A DNA stretch of 64,000 nt from Hypanus sabinus (lineage: Eukaryota), in contig NW_026780939.1 of assembly GCF_030144855.1 (NCBI RefSeq), positions 496,001-560,000 of the forward strand, written 5' to 3'. Positions 36,598-48,585 of this stretch are shown here, piece by piece. The translations under genes were made by a program, and so were the position numbers. Every line of letters begins with the position of its first letter. Position 1 is the first letter of the stretch. The notes below the pieces were generated by a model, which was not told the DNA's origin, did not search any database, and was given only the letters and a program-made list of their open reading frames with translations.

Positions 36598-39500
36598 CTT
36601 CTTTGGAGGGTTTATTCTCTCAGTGATGAATGTTATGCGCGCAGCAGAGAAGAATATATTCACTTCAATCCCGTCTGTTTCATATTTAGGAGACGCAGGT
36701 GAATTTGCCGAACTGTAGATTGGCCCCTCCCCTAGCATTCTCCAACCTGATTTCAGTGTGTTCTGGTTCNNNNNNNNNNNNNNNNNNNNNNNNNNNNNNN
36801 NNNNNNNNNNNNNNNNNNNNNNNNNNNNNNNNNNNNNNNNNNNNNNNNNNNNNNNNNNNNNNNNNNNNNNNNNNNNNNNNNNNNNNNNNNNNNNNNNNNN
36901 NNNNNNNNNNNNNNNNNNNNNNNNNNNNNNNNNNNNNNNNNNNNNNNNNNNNTGTCGCTATCCCCGTCCCACACTCTCCCTTTCTTCCTCTCCCGGTTAT
37001 CTCACTATGTACGATTTCCTGACACTCGCAAGTTTTTGTAATTCCGGAAATTTACACAAACTGGTGAAAGAAAACAGACCACAATTCTTCCGACGCAGAA
37101 ATCAAGAATCTCTCGTAAAGAAGACCTCCTTCTGAAACGGATGTCCTGCATAGATCAGCCTTCGACATTCAATCTCTCTCTTTCTCTCTTCTTCTGACTG
37201 TGTCTGTCGGTCGCTTTCTCTGTCTCGCTGTCCTTATTTCAATTTCTGGCTCTTAACAATTATTGCGACAATTGTTCTCTTTACAGAAGCAATTAGTGCC
37301 TTTTCATGCTTTTCGAGAAATCTCGCAACGCTCTTTCCAATTTTCTTTCCGCCCTCTAGTGGTGGCCTCCACACTTCGCTCAATTGCAGACCATGCGCTT
37401 CTCGAGTATCTGACATCAAAGACGTCTGTTCCTGCTCATCTTCATGATGTTACCACGTTCCAGGTACGCCACACAACATGCTCTGTCTGTCCGCTGTCCC
37501 CGTCCCTCCCTCTTACTTTCTTCCTCTCCCCCTTTATTTCACTGTCCGAAGTCCTTGTAATTTCAGAAATCTACAAAAACCCGGTGAGAGAAGGCGTGCC
37601 ACAATAAACTTCTATTCCCTTGAAATCTTGGGACTCTCGTAATGAAGACCGCACGCTCTGCCGGAGGAGACACCTGGCGCCTTGCGCGGAGCAGCGCTCG
37701 GTATTCTGACTCTCTATTTCTCTCCTTGTCTCAGTCATTGTCTCTGAGTCTCTCTATTTCTCTCCGGATGACAGTGCATCTATCGTTGGTTCTAAACACT
37801 TGTTGCGGTCCAGCCGAAAAGAAAATTCCCCTTTACAATAATATTTTCTGCCTTTTCATACGTTTCCAAATATCTGACGTAACATTCATCAGACGGCTTT
37901 ACCTGCCCCCTATTGGTAGTAGCCTGTGCCTTCAACCTCCGATCTAACTCTGTGGCAAAGAAGTAGAGAGAACATGCCCGGGAGCAAGACCAATATCTCA
38001 CCTCAAGGACGTGTGATCATGCACATGTTGATGATGTTGCCAGGATCCAGGCTGATATCAAGTTTTATTAGAAAGATCTGTTCTGTGTTATTCCGTTGAG
38101 CAGATACACCAAGCATGAATCAAGTTTAACTCTTTCCTTAAGGTGTCGGGTTAGGTTCCATGACTTGAATCATCAGCAAGCAAAGTTACGAATTGCAAAG
38201 TTGCGAAGTCGCGTCTACCTTCATCATTTGATCTGTCACGCGGACTACCCGGCATCCACTCGATCTTGTGGCGAATTTTAAACCTAATCAACAATCAATC
38301 TAAACATTTCTTTAAAACGGAGTCCTTCGTTTTATTCTGTATTCAAAATGATATGGACCATGTGTTTGAAAACTGGATTATCTGACAGGACAGGGAACCA
38401 AAGACCGTAACACATAGGGGCAGCACTGGGCCATTTTGCTTGTGCCATTGTTGCGTGCTGTTCGTGTTTCCTGCATCTGAAGAATATCTTGCGTTTAAAA
38501 AGAAAACATCTACTGTCTTTCCTTGCGAAGTTCCGTAATCTCCCTTTTACTTACTTCCTCATTAATCTTCGAACGTTTTTCCATTCCTATTCTGGTTGCA
38601 TTCCCAGATATTTTTTTTCTCCTTACCTGGCAATCACACCCCAATGGGCAACCCCTTCCTAACCCTTCCGTTTCCTCCTTGGTCCTCTGTGCTCTTCGGT
38701 CAGGTATCCTCGTGTTTTCAGCTCTTTACCTCTGCAATCTATCCACATAGCTCCCCGTATTATTTCTCCTCTTCGTTTCCCACTCAAATCTTCTCACGTA
38801 GCAACTTCCGTCTTGTCGTCCTTCCCCGCCAGCACTTTCGTATAAAAAAAGGAGCCTGTGCTCTCTTCTCTTCCGGTATTGATTATTATCAGGTAGAGAA
38901 ACTGATGTTTATGTTGTCAGGATGGTGGCTGCCAGATAGAATATGAAGTATTTCCCTTCTCTTCCCTTCTCGTCCCCTTCATAGGTGCTGCACGTCCAGC
39001 TGAGTTCCTCGAGGGTTTTGAAATTTCAGCATTGAATGTCCACTTCTCACATTCCCCCCTCCCACTGTCTTGTGATCGGTTCCGCTCTGTGGCCGTGAGA
39101 GTGGGGGAGGGGGACGTTGTGGGCTGGTGGGGCGGGCGTTGAATCCGCGTCTGTCCCCTATTCCAGCTCCGCTTCGGCTGCGTGGGCGNNNNNNNNNNNN
39201 NNNNNNNNNNNNNNNNNNNNNNNNNNNNNNNNNNNNNNNNNNNNNNNNNNNNNNNNNNNNNNNNNNNNNNNNNNNNNNNNNNNNNNNNNNNNNNNNNNNN
39301 NNNNNNNNNNNNNNNNNNNNNNNNNNNNNNNNNNNNNNNNNNNNNNNNNNNNNNNNNNNNNNNNNNNNNNNNNNNNNNNNNNNNNNNNNNNNNNNNNNNN
39401 NNNNNNNNNNNNNNNNNNNNNNNNNNNNNNNNNNNNNNNNNNNNNNNNNNNNNNNNNNNNNNNNNNNNNNNNNNNNNNNNNNNNNNNNNNNNNNNNNNNN

Positions 39501-41728
39501 NNNNNNNNNNNNNNNNNNNNNNNNNNNNNNNNNNNNNNNNNNNNNNNNNNNNNNNNNNNNNNNNNNNNNNNNNNNNNNNNNNNNNNNNNNNNNNNNNNNN
39601 NNNNNNNNNNNNNNNNNNNNNNNNNNNNNNNNNNNNNNNNNNNNNNNNNNNNNNNNNNNNNNNNNNNNNNNNNNNNNNNNNNNNNTTATGAAGCAAGACT
39701 CGATTCGACTTGAAGCTGAAAAAAAGCTTCATATTCTCTCTGGCAACCACCATCGTGACAGCATGAACATCAGTTTCTCTACCTGATAATAATTCCTCTG
39801 TTTCCCCCATTCCGCATGCTGGGTGCGCTCTTACCTCGTCGCTTCACCCCAACTGCCGATCACCTCCCTCTGTTGCTGCCCCGGCTTTTCCTCCTTCCAT
39901 GGCATTCCGTCCTCTCCGATCAGATTCCCCCTTCTCCTGCCCTATACCTTTCCCACCAAACAACTTTCCGCTCCTTACATCAATACCCCCCCCCCAACCC
40001 CCATCCCGGTCTCTCCTACCACCTTCATTCTCCTATTCCCACACCTTCCAACTCTGACACATCCCGTCCTGATGAGGGTTTACGGCAGGAAACATTGGTT
40101 ACACGCTTTTCCATTGATGATGCCCTGCCTGCTGATCTCCTGCATTAATTTGTCCCGAATGTCCCTCGTGCTTCGACGAGGTGTTAATAAGGACAACATA
40201 ACACACATCGGTGGCCGTGTCATTACCCAGAGAACATGATTTCCCGCTCTGTCATTTCACAAACGACTCTAAACTACGCCGCCATTCATCATGACGTTTG
40301 CAGACTTGCAAACCCATCGATCCGCGTTTTCCTTCAAGTTACCCAGGCGAAGTGACCGCTTTATTTGAGAGATGTACACCAATTCGTTAATGCAAATGTC
40401 TCATCAGCCAATAGTGTTGCAGCAATTTCAATGCATTAAAGCATGCAGTCATTGTCAACAGCTTCCATTGCCGTTCAAACCAGAAATGAGACCTCAGTGG
40501 CTTTGTCTGTGGAATGATTAATAGTGCCAGTGCGGGAGAGATCGGGTATCTCAGAATCTGCTGAAACCTGGGAAACTCACTCACAACGCTCTCTAGTGTT
40601 TACAGAGAATTCTGCGAAAAAATATTTGGGGGAATAATGTGGGTGAGAATAGCCATATATTACAACTGTGGGGTACCGAAGAGCATCTCTGAATGCACAG
40701 TAGATCACGAATATACACTGAGCCGTCATTTTATTAGGTACAGGAGGTCTTCAAACATATGTTCTCATCATTAATCACATGTGTACACCAGGCATAGATG
40801 TATGTGCGAGTTATTAACATCCGTACAGATGCATCCGAAGATCAAACTTTTACAGGTGCACCGGTACAGTGTAACTTTTGCGCGTTGCTGTGTGCCGTTC
40901 GGTCAGGAAAATGTGCAGCGATGCACAGTGTACTGCTGCCCCCAAGTGGCTATAACCCGGTTCTGCACCTCTTGGTCAAGAGGTGGAAGGTTTTTCTGTG
41001 GCCGAAGACTCGCGCTCTTGACGGCGTGTGAGAAAGTGTAATATTGGACGTTTCAGGTGGGGACTGAGGGTGAAAAGTGGATCGGGGGTAAGGAGGACGA
41101 TGCCTGGATTAAATTTGTGCAGTCACGGACATACAATGAGTCGTCACATTATTAGGTACAGGAGGTCACCAAACATCGGGTTCCTCATCAATCACAGTTG
41201 TGTACAATACACAGTTGTGTGTACGAGATGTTGGCATGTGTACAGATTCAGCCGGATAGCAAACATGTACAGATGCCCTGGTAGAATATTTACGAAGGAC
41301 AATGAACAAAGAAAATGAAGGGGGAGGTGCCTGATTTAAAAGTTCCGGGAGGAGACAAAAGCCAGCTGAAAGGTGATAGGTGAAGACAGCTGGGTGGGAA
41401 AGAGTAAGTGGTGGAGAGGACAGAATATGATAAAAGAGGATAGTGGACAGAAGGGGAAAGGGAAGGAGCTAATGTCCGAGGGCCAAGTAATAGGTGTGAA
41501 GAAGTAAAAGGTCTGAGTGGGTATGGGTGTGGGTATAAGAAATCGGTTTATATACTATCAGGATGGTGGGTACGAAGACCGAATATAAGAGGTTGCACCT
41601 CCACCTTGAGGGCGGTCGCCTCTTGAGACGAGAGGAAGCCATGGACCGACACGTCGGAACGTGAATGGGAATCGGAATCGAGTGTTGCCCGTTTGTGACA
41701 GAAAGGAGCAGACGAACACAGTCCGCTG

Positions 41729-41742
41729 CTGCCGCCTAGTGA
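41729..41742 (-). promoter_or_regulatory. CTCF-type motif ~40 bp 3' of the V12 RSS
   Basis: TCACTAGGCGGCAG. Confidence 0.55.
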
Positions 41743-41782
41743 TACAACAGGACCACTAAACTTCGCTCTGATTGGCTGGAAG

Positions 41783-41819
41783 GATTTTTAGTGGCAGATT
41801 CGTTATCTGAAGTTCTGTG
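41783..41819 (-). other. Degenerate RSS of V12
   Basis: CACAGAA, ~21-nt spacer, CTAAAAATC. Confidence 0.6.
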
Positions 41820-42110
41820 CGCTAGCGCAAACGCATTAGTAGACGGCGAAGTGGGAGGCCGATGCATGTCTCAGTTCCAGTTCAAACAGAGTGCTTCTGT
41901 GTCTCGTCATGGAGGAATTGGATGTGTAGTGCGTAACCGAACCTTGTCCAGCAGAATAGAAGAGAACATCTATTGTCCGGTGTGATCGCTATCTGTACCA
42001 ATACAGATATTGATGGTCCGTATTCAGCACAGTGCAGACGACGCTGAGCGGCTGTCCCGCACCGATTGACAGGGCCGACTGCGATTGTTCCACATAGGCA
42101 GGGAGACTCT
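41820..42110 (-). pseudogene. TRBV: V12: V4/V6 family pseudogene with two stops and no recognisable leader
   Basis: SLPAYVEQSQSALSIGAGQPLSVVCTVLNTDHQYLYWYR*RSHRTIDVLFYSAG...SHFAVY*CVCAS. Confidence 0.88.
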
Positions 42111-42899
42111 CTGCCAGACAGAAATTCGATTCGATTTTGATTTCCCTCAATTGCACGCCAAAGGCTAAACTAGACAGAAGGAGGAGACTGGTGTGTTCCA
42201 AGACACTATTGTACAATGTGCTATCATCGCGCCATAACCATGATCGAATATTTGCCAAATGACCTAATGAATATGCCGAATGAAGCTCAGTATCAGATCT
42301 CATGGACGTCTGTCTGGGCGACCTGATAAAGGAACTGTATTCTTGTTGGCTCTGTAACAATTACGTCACTTCCGTAGCGGAGGCCGTACTTTGGCGCGGT
42401 TGACGTTGTTGAGAAAATGACAAGAAGAGCCAAGGTTGTTTCATGCAATCCGGACGTGTTTGGACAATTCAAGGTGGAACGTATCGCAGGAAAACCGGTT
42501 TAAAATAACCGGCGCATAGATCCTTGGAAACCCAAGACGCACCCACCAGAGAGATTCCATTTATTTATTTTTGGTTTCTTGAGCGGGTCATCGCTTCCAT
42601 GCCAGGAACTACTTGTCCTTCGCCACAACCTGATAGCAAGGCGGGGTGTAACCGTCATGTTCTCTTCAGTGTTGAGGAAAGGGAAGTTATTCACGGTGGT
42701 TTCGGCTCCCGAATAATCACAACTCTGAACTATGTCAAAACCTATGCCGTCTCTTTCACGATTTCTACAGATCATGTTCTCAATATTACTTTTAGTACTC
42801 ACTTAATTGGTCCTCTACTTCTTTGCTCTGTTTGATTTTGTTCAGTTTGTCTTCTTTTGCAAACCGATCTTCCGTCTTTCCTTTTAGTTGTTAATTAAT

Positions 42900-43200
42900 C
42901 ATGTAATGCAATTAAAATGGTTGGCCAATGGGAGATCCCACAAACACATCTTATTTGCCTTCCATAACAAAGATTTATCCGACAAAAAGCTTCTTTATGG
43001 AATCCTTCATCAGGTCTTCCAAGACCCTTCGGACCACAGCGTTTGGAAATTCCTCTCCATTTAGAAAACTTTCAGAGTTTTTATTTCGGCCGCTGAAGTG
43101 CTTGACAATACATTGCCCGAGCCTGCCATTTATTCGCCTTTTCACCAATCTGTGTTGTGTCCTTCTGTAGCCACCGTTTTTCCATAAAAGTATCTGCCCC
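42900..43200 (-). mobile_element. Old CR1 RT fragment (another at ~35050-35700)
   Basis: FLNGEEFPNAVVRRVLEDLMKDS; VQRDFDANVHQSVNL. Confidence 0.5.
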
Positions 43201-43571
43201 TCCACTTACCTTCCGACGGTCCGCAAACTTAACCACAAATTCATAAAGTCCGTCATCTACGGTCCGTTCCCTCTACCGTCTTTCGTCGACCTTATAATGT
43301 GCTCAACAATCAATCTACGAATTTCGTATAAATGTAGTCCTTCGTTTTTCCATCACGGGGACGGTTTAGGTTATGTGATTGGAAACTGTGCGTGTCTTCG
43401 TTCATGTGAATGCTTAACAAGTGGAGGACATTCACTACAATAGTTCCGCCCCTTCTCTCATTGATTGGTCGCTGGGGGGCAGCGCCTCTCTGTTAGACCC
43501 TCCTCCCAACCGCTGATTGGCAGACGTCGCTTTTCCTGTTCAGCTGACAGCAGTAACTCTTCTGACGGTGA

Positions 43572-43610
43572 GGTTTTTGTTCAGCTTCTCCGTCACTCTG
43601 AGCCGCCTTG
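43572..43610 (-). other. Defective 23-RSS of V13
   Basis: CAAGGCG-23nt-ACAAAAACC; CAC>CAA. Confidence 0.85.
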
Positions 43611-43903
43611 AATACTCCAGACGCAGAAATACACGGCCGACGAATCCGCCTCCAGTTTGTCAGACTTCAGGAAGAATTCTTTCGTCTTCGTTCTCTCCGC
43701 CATAAAACCGCCGACCAATTCCTGCGGCTCCACTGAATCAGCTGCGAACGACATGTACTCCGGTCGAAATCCAGGGAATTGTCGGTACCAGAACAACACG
43801 TTAGTAGCACTGGTACTTTCGGCCACTGTGCATTTCAGGGTCACCTTCTGTCCGGAAGTTCCGGAGAAAGCCGGAGTCTGGAGGATCGTCACTGAGGTCG
43901 CGT
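43611..43903 (-). CDS. TRBV: V13: intact V exon (ORF class, heptamer defective; CDR2 two codons shorter)
   Basis: ATSVTILQTPAFSGTSGQKVTLKCTVAESTSATNVLFWYRQFPGFRPEYMSFAADSVEP...DSSAVYFCVWSI. Confidence 0.9.
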
Positions 43904-44278
43904 CTGGAAAAAGAGACGGGCTTGGCAAAATGCCGTGGATCAAGAGGGAGATCCGGCTCAATGTGGAAGGGGAGAAAGTGTGCACATTGAGGGAAGGGAA
44001 CTGAAGCTGGGAAAGCTCGGGAGGAGACGCGGTTCAATAGAGAAGGGGATAAAGAGTGTGTATTGAGGGAAGGAAAGAGAAGAGCTGAAATCAGGAAAGC
44101 TCGAGAGGTGGACGGAATTCAGTGGCGGCGGCGGAGGGATAACAGTGTGAGGAAGCAAAGGGTCGTAATTATACATAGTAAGTTTCCTAGAGTACTGTTG
44201 GGTAAATCAAATGAAGGGAGTTTGAAAGGAAGGTAGAAACAAAGAAATTAATATCATGTTTTTGTCAACTTTACTCAC

Positions 44279-44315
44279 AGTGGAAAACGAGGATGAAATG
44301 CAGAATTAGAAACAT
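44279..44315 (-). CDS. Leader exon of V13 (MFLILHFILVFH)
   Basis: 37 nt, then GTGAGT. Confidence 0.87.
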
Positions 44316-44999
44316 CTTCCTTCACGGGTTTATGCTCTCGGTGATGAACGCGGTGCATGCAGCGGAGACTAATCCATTCACTTCAACCACGCTTGTTACG
44401 TGTCCCAGTGACGTAGGCGGATTTGCGGAAGTAGCGATCAGCCACGCCGCTTCCAGGAGCTGTCCCGATTCGATGGATGTGTTGCTTCTGCTGCACGACT
44501 TTGACCACCCAAAACTCTCTATCTCTCTCCATATCACTTCCTCCATCTTTCTCCCTCTCCCCGCTCTATCATATTCTGTACTGTTCCTTTTTTTTAATAT
44601 ATGCCTCTAAGTCTTTAGTTTTTAAACCTACCATCTCTTCCCTCCGGTTCCACTCTTCGTCCGCTTTCCTCCCTGGTCCGCTCTGCTCTCATATCGGAAA
44701 TCTTCTTCCACCGTCTCTCTTCTATCAACACCCTTCCAGCTTCCCATATCACGTCTCCTCTCCAGTACACACTCAACTTCCTCCTTAACTGGTCTCAGCT
44801 ATCGCCTGCCATCCTGAGGTCCTTCTCCTCCCGCACTTTATTATTCCGGCTTTCCTTCCAGTTCTGTTGTAATCTCTCAGTACTAAACATCGACTGCTCA
44901 TTCCCCTCCATAGATACTGCCTGACGTGCTGATTCCTACCAGCTTCTCTCAACCACCGCCGCCCGCAGTCAGAGCTCGTTTTAGCTCCACTTCGTTGTT

Positions 45000-47420
45000 C
45001 TGTGAACCAGTTAGAATGAATGCATACGTCCTATCCAAATTAGCTGACTACCCACTTAACTCGCTCTCTGTCTGCCCCCTCCTCTCTCTCCCTCTCTTTC
45101 TCCCTTTCTCTCCCTTTCACCAGAGGAGTTCCCTCTATCTCTTTCTCTCCCCCTCTCTTTCTGAGGATTATTCACTCCCTCTACGTTTCATGAACATCAG
45201 GCAGTCACTAATAAGCCGTAGATTTGTTGGGTGCATTGACTCTCCCCTTCTCTGTCTGCGTCATTACCACTCTAACACTCTCCTTATCAACCGTCTGCCC
45301 TTATCCCCTTCTGTCTTCTGTCTTCTCCGTCTGCCCTTCTGTCTGACGAAATATTTATCTCTGAATGTCAGTATGCAGGTGGGCATGTAAGATTAAATGC
45401 ATCGTTCTATTTCTCTTTCTATTTTTTTTCTATATGTCTACTTTCCATCTTTCTGAATTTCTTTCCATCTACCTATCTATCTGTCCGTTGCTCTCTCAAA
45501 CTGTCTATCTAGTCGTCTTTCTATCCATCTATCTCTCTATCCATATCTATCTTAAAGTCTATCTGTCTTTCTTTCTGTCCTTCAGTCTGTGTTTCTTTCT
45601 GTCTATTACCAATCTAACTGTTTGTGTATACATGGCCGATTTATTTACTGTTTAGAGCTTTGTTTACTGTTATCTGCTGTCATTCTCTATCTGGACGCAG
45701 TGGATGAGGTAGTTGGAAGACTCAATCCAGTTGGCCTCACTGGGAAGTTGCCTTAGACACGGTCATGTAACGAAGCCCCGGCTGTGAATCACCGGCAGTT
45801 CACTCATGACTACCAGCTGTTTCTTCCTTTCTCCGGACTGTTTGCGTCGCCGTGAATCATCAAGAAGCGGAAATAGCGGGCCGTCGAATTCGTTCGGTCG
45901 CTCTCCCACTTAACAGAAACACCCTTTTCTTACTATTGACAGTGCTGAGTGTGGGAGCAAGGGATCAATTCAGTTCGTTCTGCCCCTTTCCGTCGTTCTG
46001 TGGGATACGGTGGGAAACTCAAAGTGTTTTCTCCATTAATCAGTTATTCTAATGACGTAGGTGGATTTGTTCAGGTACTGTATGGCCACGCCCCTTCTGT
46101 GAACCTATGGGATCTCAGTTTAAGCAGACTATTCTTTCTCTCTCTGTATATAAGCGCCTTTGTAATTTCAGAACCATCCGGAAGCGGCATGACAGGAGGG
46201 TCACAATACACCAAGATGTTATTGAAAACAAGAATTTCTCTCAATGAAAGTCGCCCTCGAAAGCTCAAGGGTTTGTGCCCCTGCAGTATCTCTTGTGTTT
46301 ATGACCCACTGACTCTTTTTAAGACGGCGGAGGCTCGCTCGGAACTACCAGAAGCACCGTGTAGCCGAACCTTAGACTGAACACGTCGCATTTTGGTCAC
46401 TCTGCCACCCAACAGAAAAACCCTGTTCTCACTATTAACAGCGGTGAGCGTGGGAGCAATAGATACATTCACGTCGATCACGCACGTTCCGCTCTGCGGG
46501 AAACGCTGGGAAACATCAATGTGTTTCCCCCGCCCTGCCGTCTTCAATATACCAGTTAGAGCAAATGTGTACGTCCGTCCAAATTAGCTGAATACCAACC
46601 GAACTCTCTCGCTCTGCCTGCCCTCTCTCTCTCTCTTCCTACTCTTTCTCTCTTTCTTTCTATCTCACTGTCTGTCTTTGCATCCGTTTCTCCCACTGCA
46701 TCTCTTTCTATCCATCCATGTAACTCTCCACCCTTCTTCTATGCATCTGTCTATCCATTAATGTCTAATAATTGATCTATCTTTCTTCTTGTCTGTCTAT
46801 TTATCAGTCCATCTATCTCCCTATTAATATCTAGACATTGCCGATTTATTCTCTGTTTACATAATTTTGTTTACAGACTGACTTCGTCCTGTCAGACAGA
46901 CTGCATGAACCAATGGGGAGACAGGGTGTTACGTCAGTGGTAGACCTGCCCCGGCGCAGGGGATACAGTGCCCACAATGATGGCGAAGCGAGGATTCGTG
47001 CGGGAGGTAGGTACAGGGAGACTTTAGATCGTTGGAAGTCTCAATCTAGTTGGCATTCTTCTCTCTTTGTCTTTTGTCTCGCCACGTATGTACGAATGCA
47101 TGCAAGTATGTATGTATTCTTGTAAGTACGTGTATAAGCATGTAAACTCGCATGTAACTTTCCATTTGTCCTTCTATCTCCTTTCTATCGTTCTATGTCT
47201 ATCTGCCGAATTTTCATTCTGTCTCCCTATATATCTATCCGTTTGTCTTTTTTCTCTCTCTATCTATAATTCTATCCATCTATTTATCCCCCTCTTGCCA
47301 TCTATATATCTATATATCCATATCTGTCAAACGATATATTTATCTTTTTTTCTATCAGTCCATTCAGCAAACCATCCTTATCTAGTCATTGCCGTTTTAT
47401 TCTGTATTTGGATGTTTAGT
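45000..47420. repeat. Internally repeated region with degenerate (TCTA/TCTC)n tracts
   Basis: CCAAATTAGCTGA..ACC unit at ~45030 and ~46578; GTTGGAAG(A/T)CTCAATC unit at ~45712 and ~47030. Confidence 0.7.
45816..45922 (-). pseudogene. V14: relic consisting of a decayed FR3 end plus heptamer, just downstream of a V-type promoter
   Basis: AAT TCG ACG GCC CGC TAT TTC CGC TTC TTG ATG ATT CACGGCG aligns with the V9 3' end; nonamer decayed (AGAAACAGC). Confidence 0.55.
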
Positions 47421-47899
47421 TTACATGACGACACGGCCATGTTGCGATTGATCGGCTGTGAAGTTGCTTGCGCGGAAGAATATTTCTCATTTGAATGCTT
47501 TCGCAAGAATGAAAGAGCCCCGCCTGCGCCATGTACTTTGTCTAATAACAGCACAATGTCGGCAGAGTGAAAAACGACTGTCTACGAGACAGTCGGCTCA
47601 CCTGTTTTCCCGCTGACGACAGACTTCTGTTGTGTGTGAAGCTATTCCAGTCCTATCTCTTCCCCGGGAACCCACCCGATCGAGCGGGGGACGGGCAGTT
47701 CAAAGATTTCTTCCTGTTCATTATCGCTGCGAACGTTTCATGGTGGGAGTATTGCTAGCCTATACCGAGGACCAGCTGTTCCTCAGCACAACAAATGTGT
47801 AGAATAGCTTCAGCCATTTGTAAGGCCTAACAAGAGAAATACATGATAGGCGCAGCTGCGATATCGTCGCCCTTTATTTCTCTCAGTGGCAGCGACGCA

Positions 47900-47913
47900 G
47901 CGCCACCTGTCGG
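47900..47913 (-). promoter_or_regulatory. CTCF-type motif 41 bp 3' of the V15 RSS
   Basis: CCGACAGGTGGCGC. Confidence 0.7.
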
Positions 47914-47954
47914 ACAGGCTCAAAGGCACGCTCAGACTGACATCAAGCCGGTGA

Positions 47955-47993
47955 GATTTTTGTTCAGCTCCTCCGTCTGACCCAGTCGCTGTG
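47955..47993 (-). other. 23-RSS of V15
   Basis: CACAGCG-23nt-ACAAAAATC. Confidence 0.93.
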
Positions 47994-48292
47994 ATCACGC
48001 CAGGCACAGAAGTACACGGCTGACGAATTCGCCTCCAAACCGACGGAACTCAGCCTGAAGATGTAGCTGCTCGGCCTCTCTGCGGTAAAGCCGTACAGCG
48101 ACCCTTTTGGTTCCACGGTGCCGACATACGTAGAGTAGAACAAGTTCTCCAGCCCCTGTCCCGTGTACTGTCTGTACCAGAACATTCTATCAGCCGGGTT
48201 GCTACTCCCGTCGACAGTACAGTTCAGCGTCACAGCCCGGCCGGTAGGACTGGAGAAAGCTGGAATCTGGCGGATCGTCACCGGGGTCACAT
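47994..48292 (-). CDS. TRBV: V15: apparently functional TRBV30-like V exon
   Basis: VTPVTIRQIPAFSSPTGRAVTLNCTVDGSSNPADRMFWYRQYTGQGLENLFYSTYV...ANSSAVYFCAWRD. Confidence 0.93.
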
Positions 48293-48548
48293 CTGAGGAA
48301 GAGAGTGGGAGTGAACAGAGGTGAGTGTGCGAACGGCGAGAACGGCCGTCCGAACGAGAGGGTGAGGATTGACTTTGGGGTATTTTCGGGTGGCGGGCGG
48401 TATGGCGAGGTTTCGATGAAGAAAGATCAGAGTGAGGGTGGAAATGTGCAGAGAAAAGCGCAGAATGAGAGAGAAAGGCACAGGACCAGAGGAACTGAGG
48501 ATTACCCGGGGGCAAAGAGCGGAAAAAGTATTAGAAAATTTCCCTCAC

Positions 48549-48585
48549 AGTGTAAGGAGATGATCAGTTGGAGAAACAGCAACAT
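48549..48585 (-). CDS. Leader exon of V15 (MLLFLQLIISLH)
   Basis: 37 nt, then GTGAGG. Confidence 0.88.

Noticed and set aside
42150-42360. ORF running in frame into V12 as an intron-less leader
   Set aside because: It aligns with V6 intron sequence, has no suitable ATG, and V12 has two stops.
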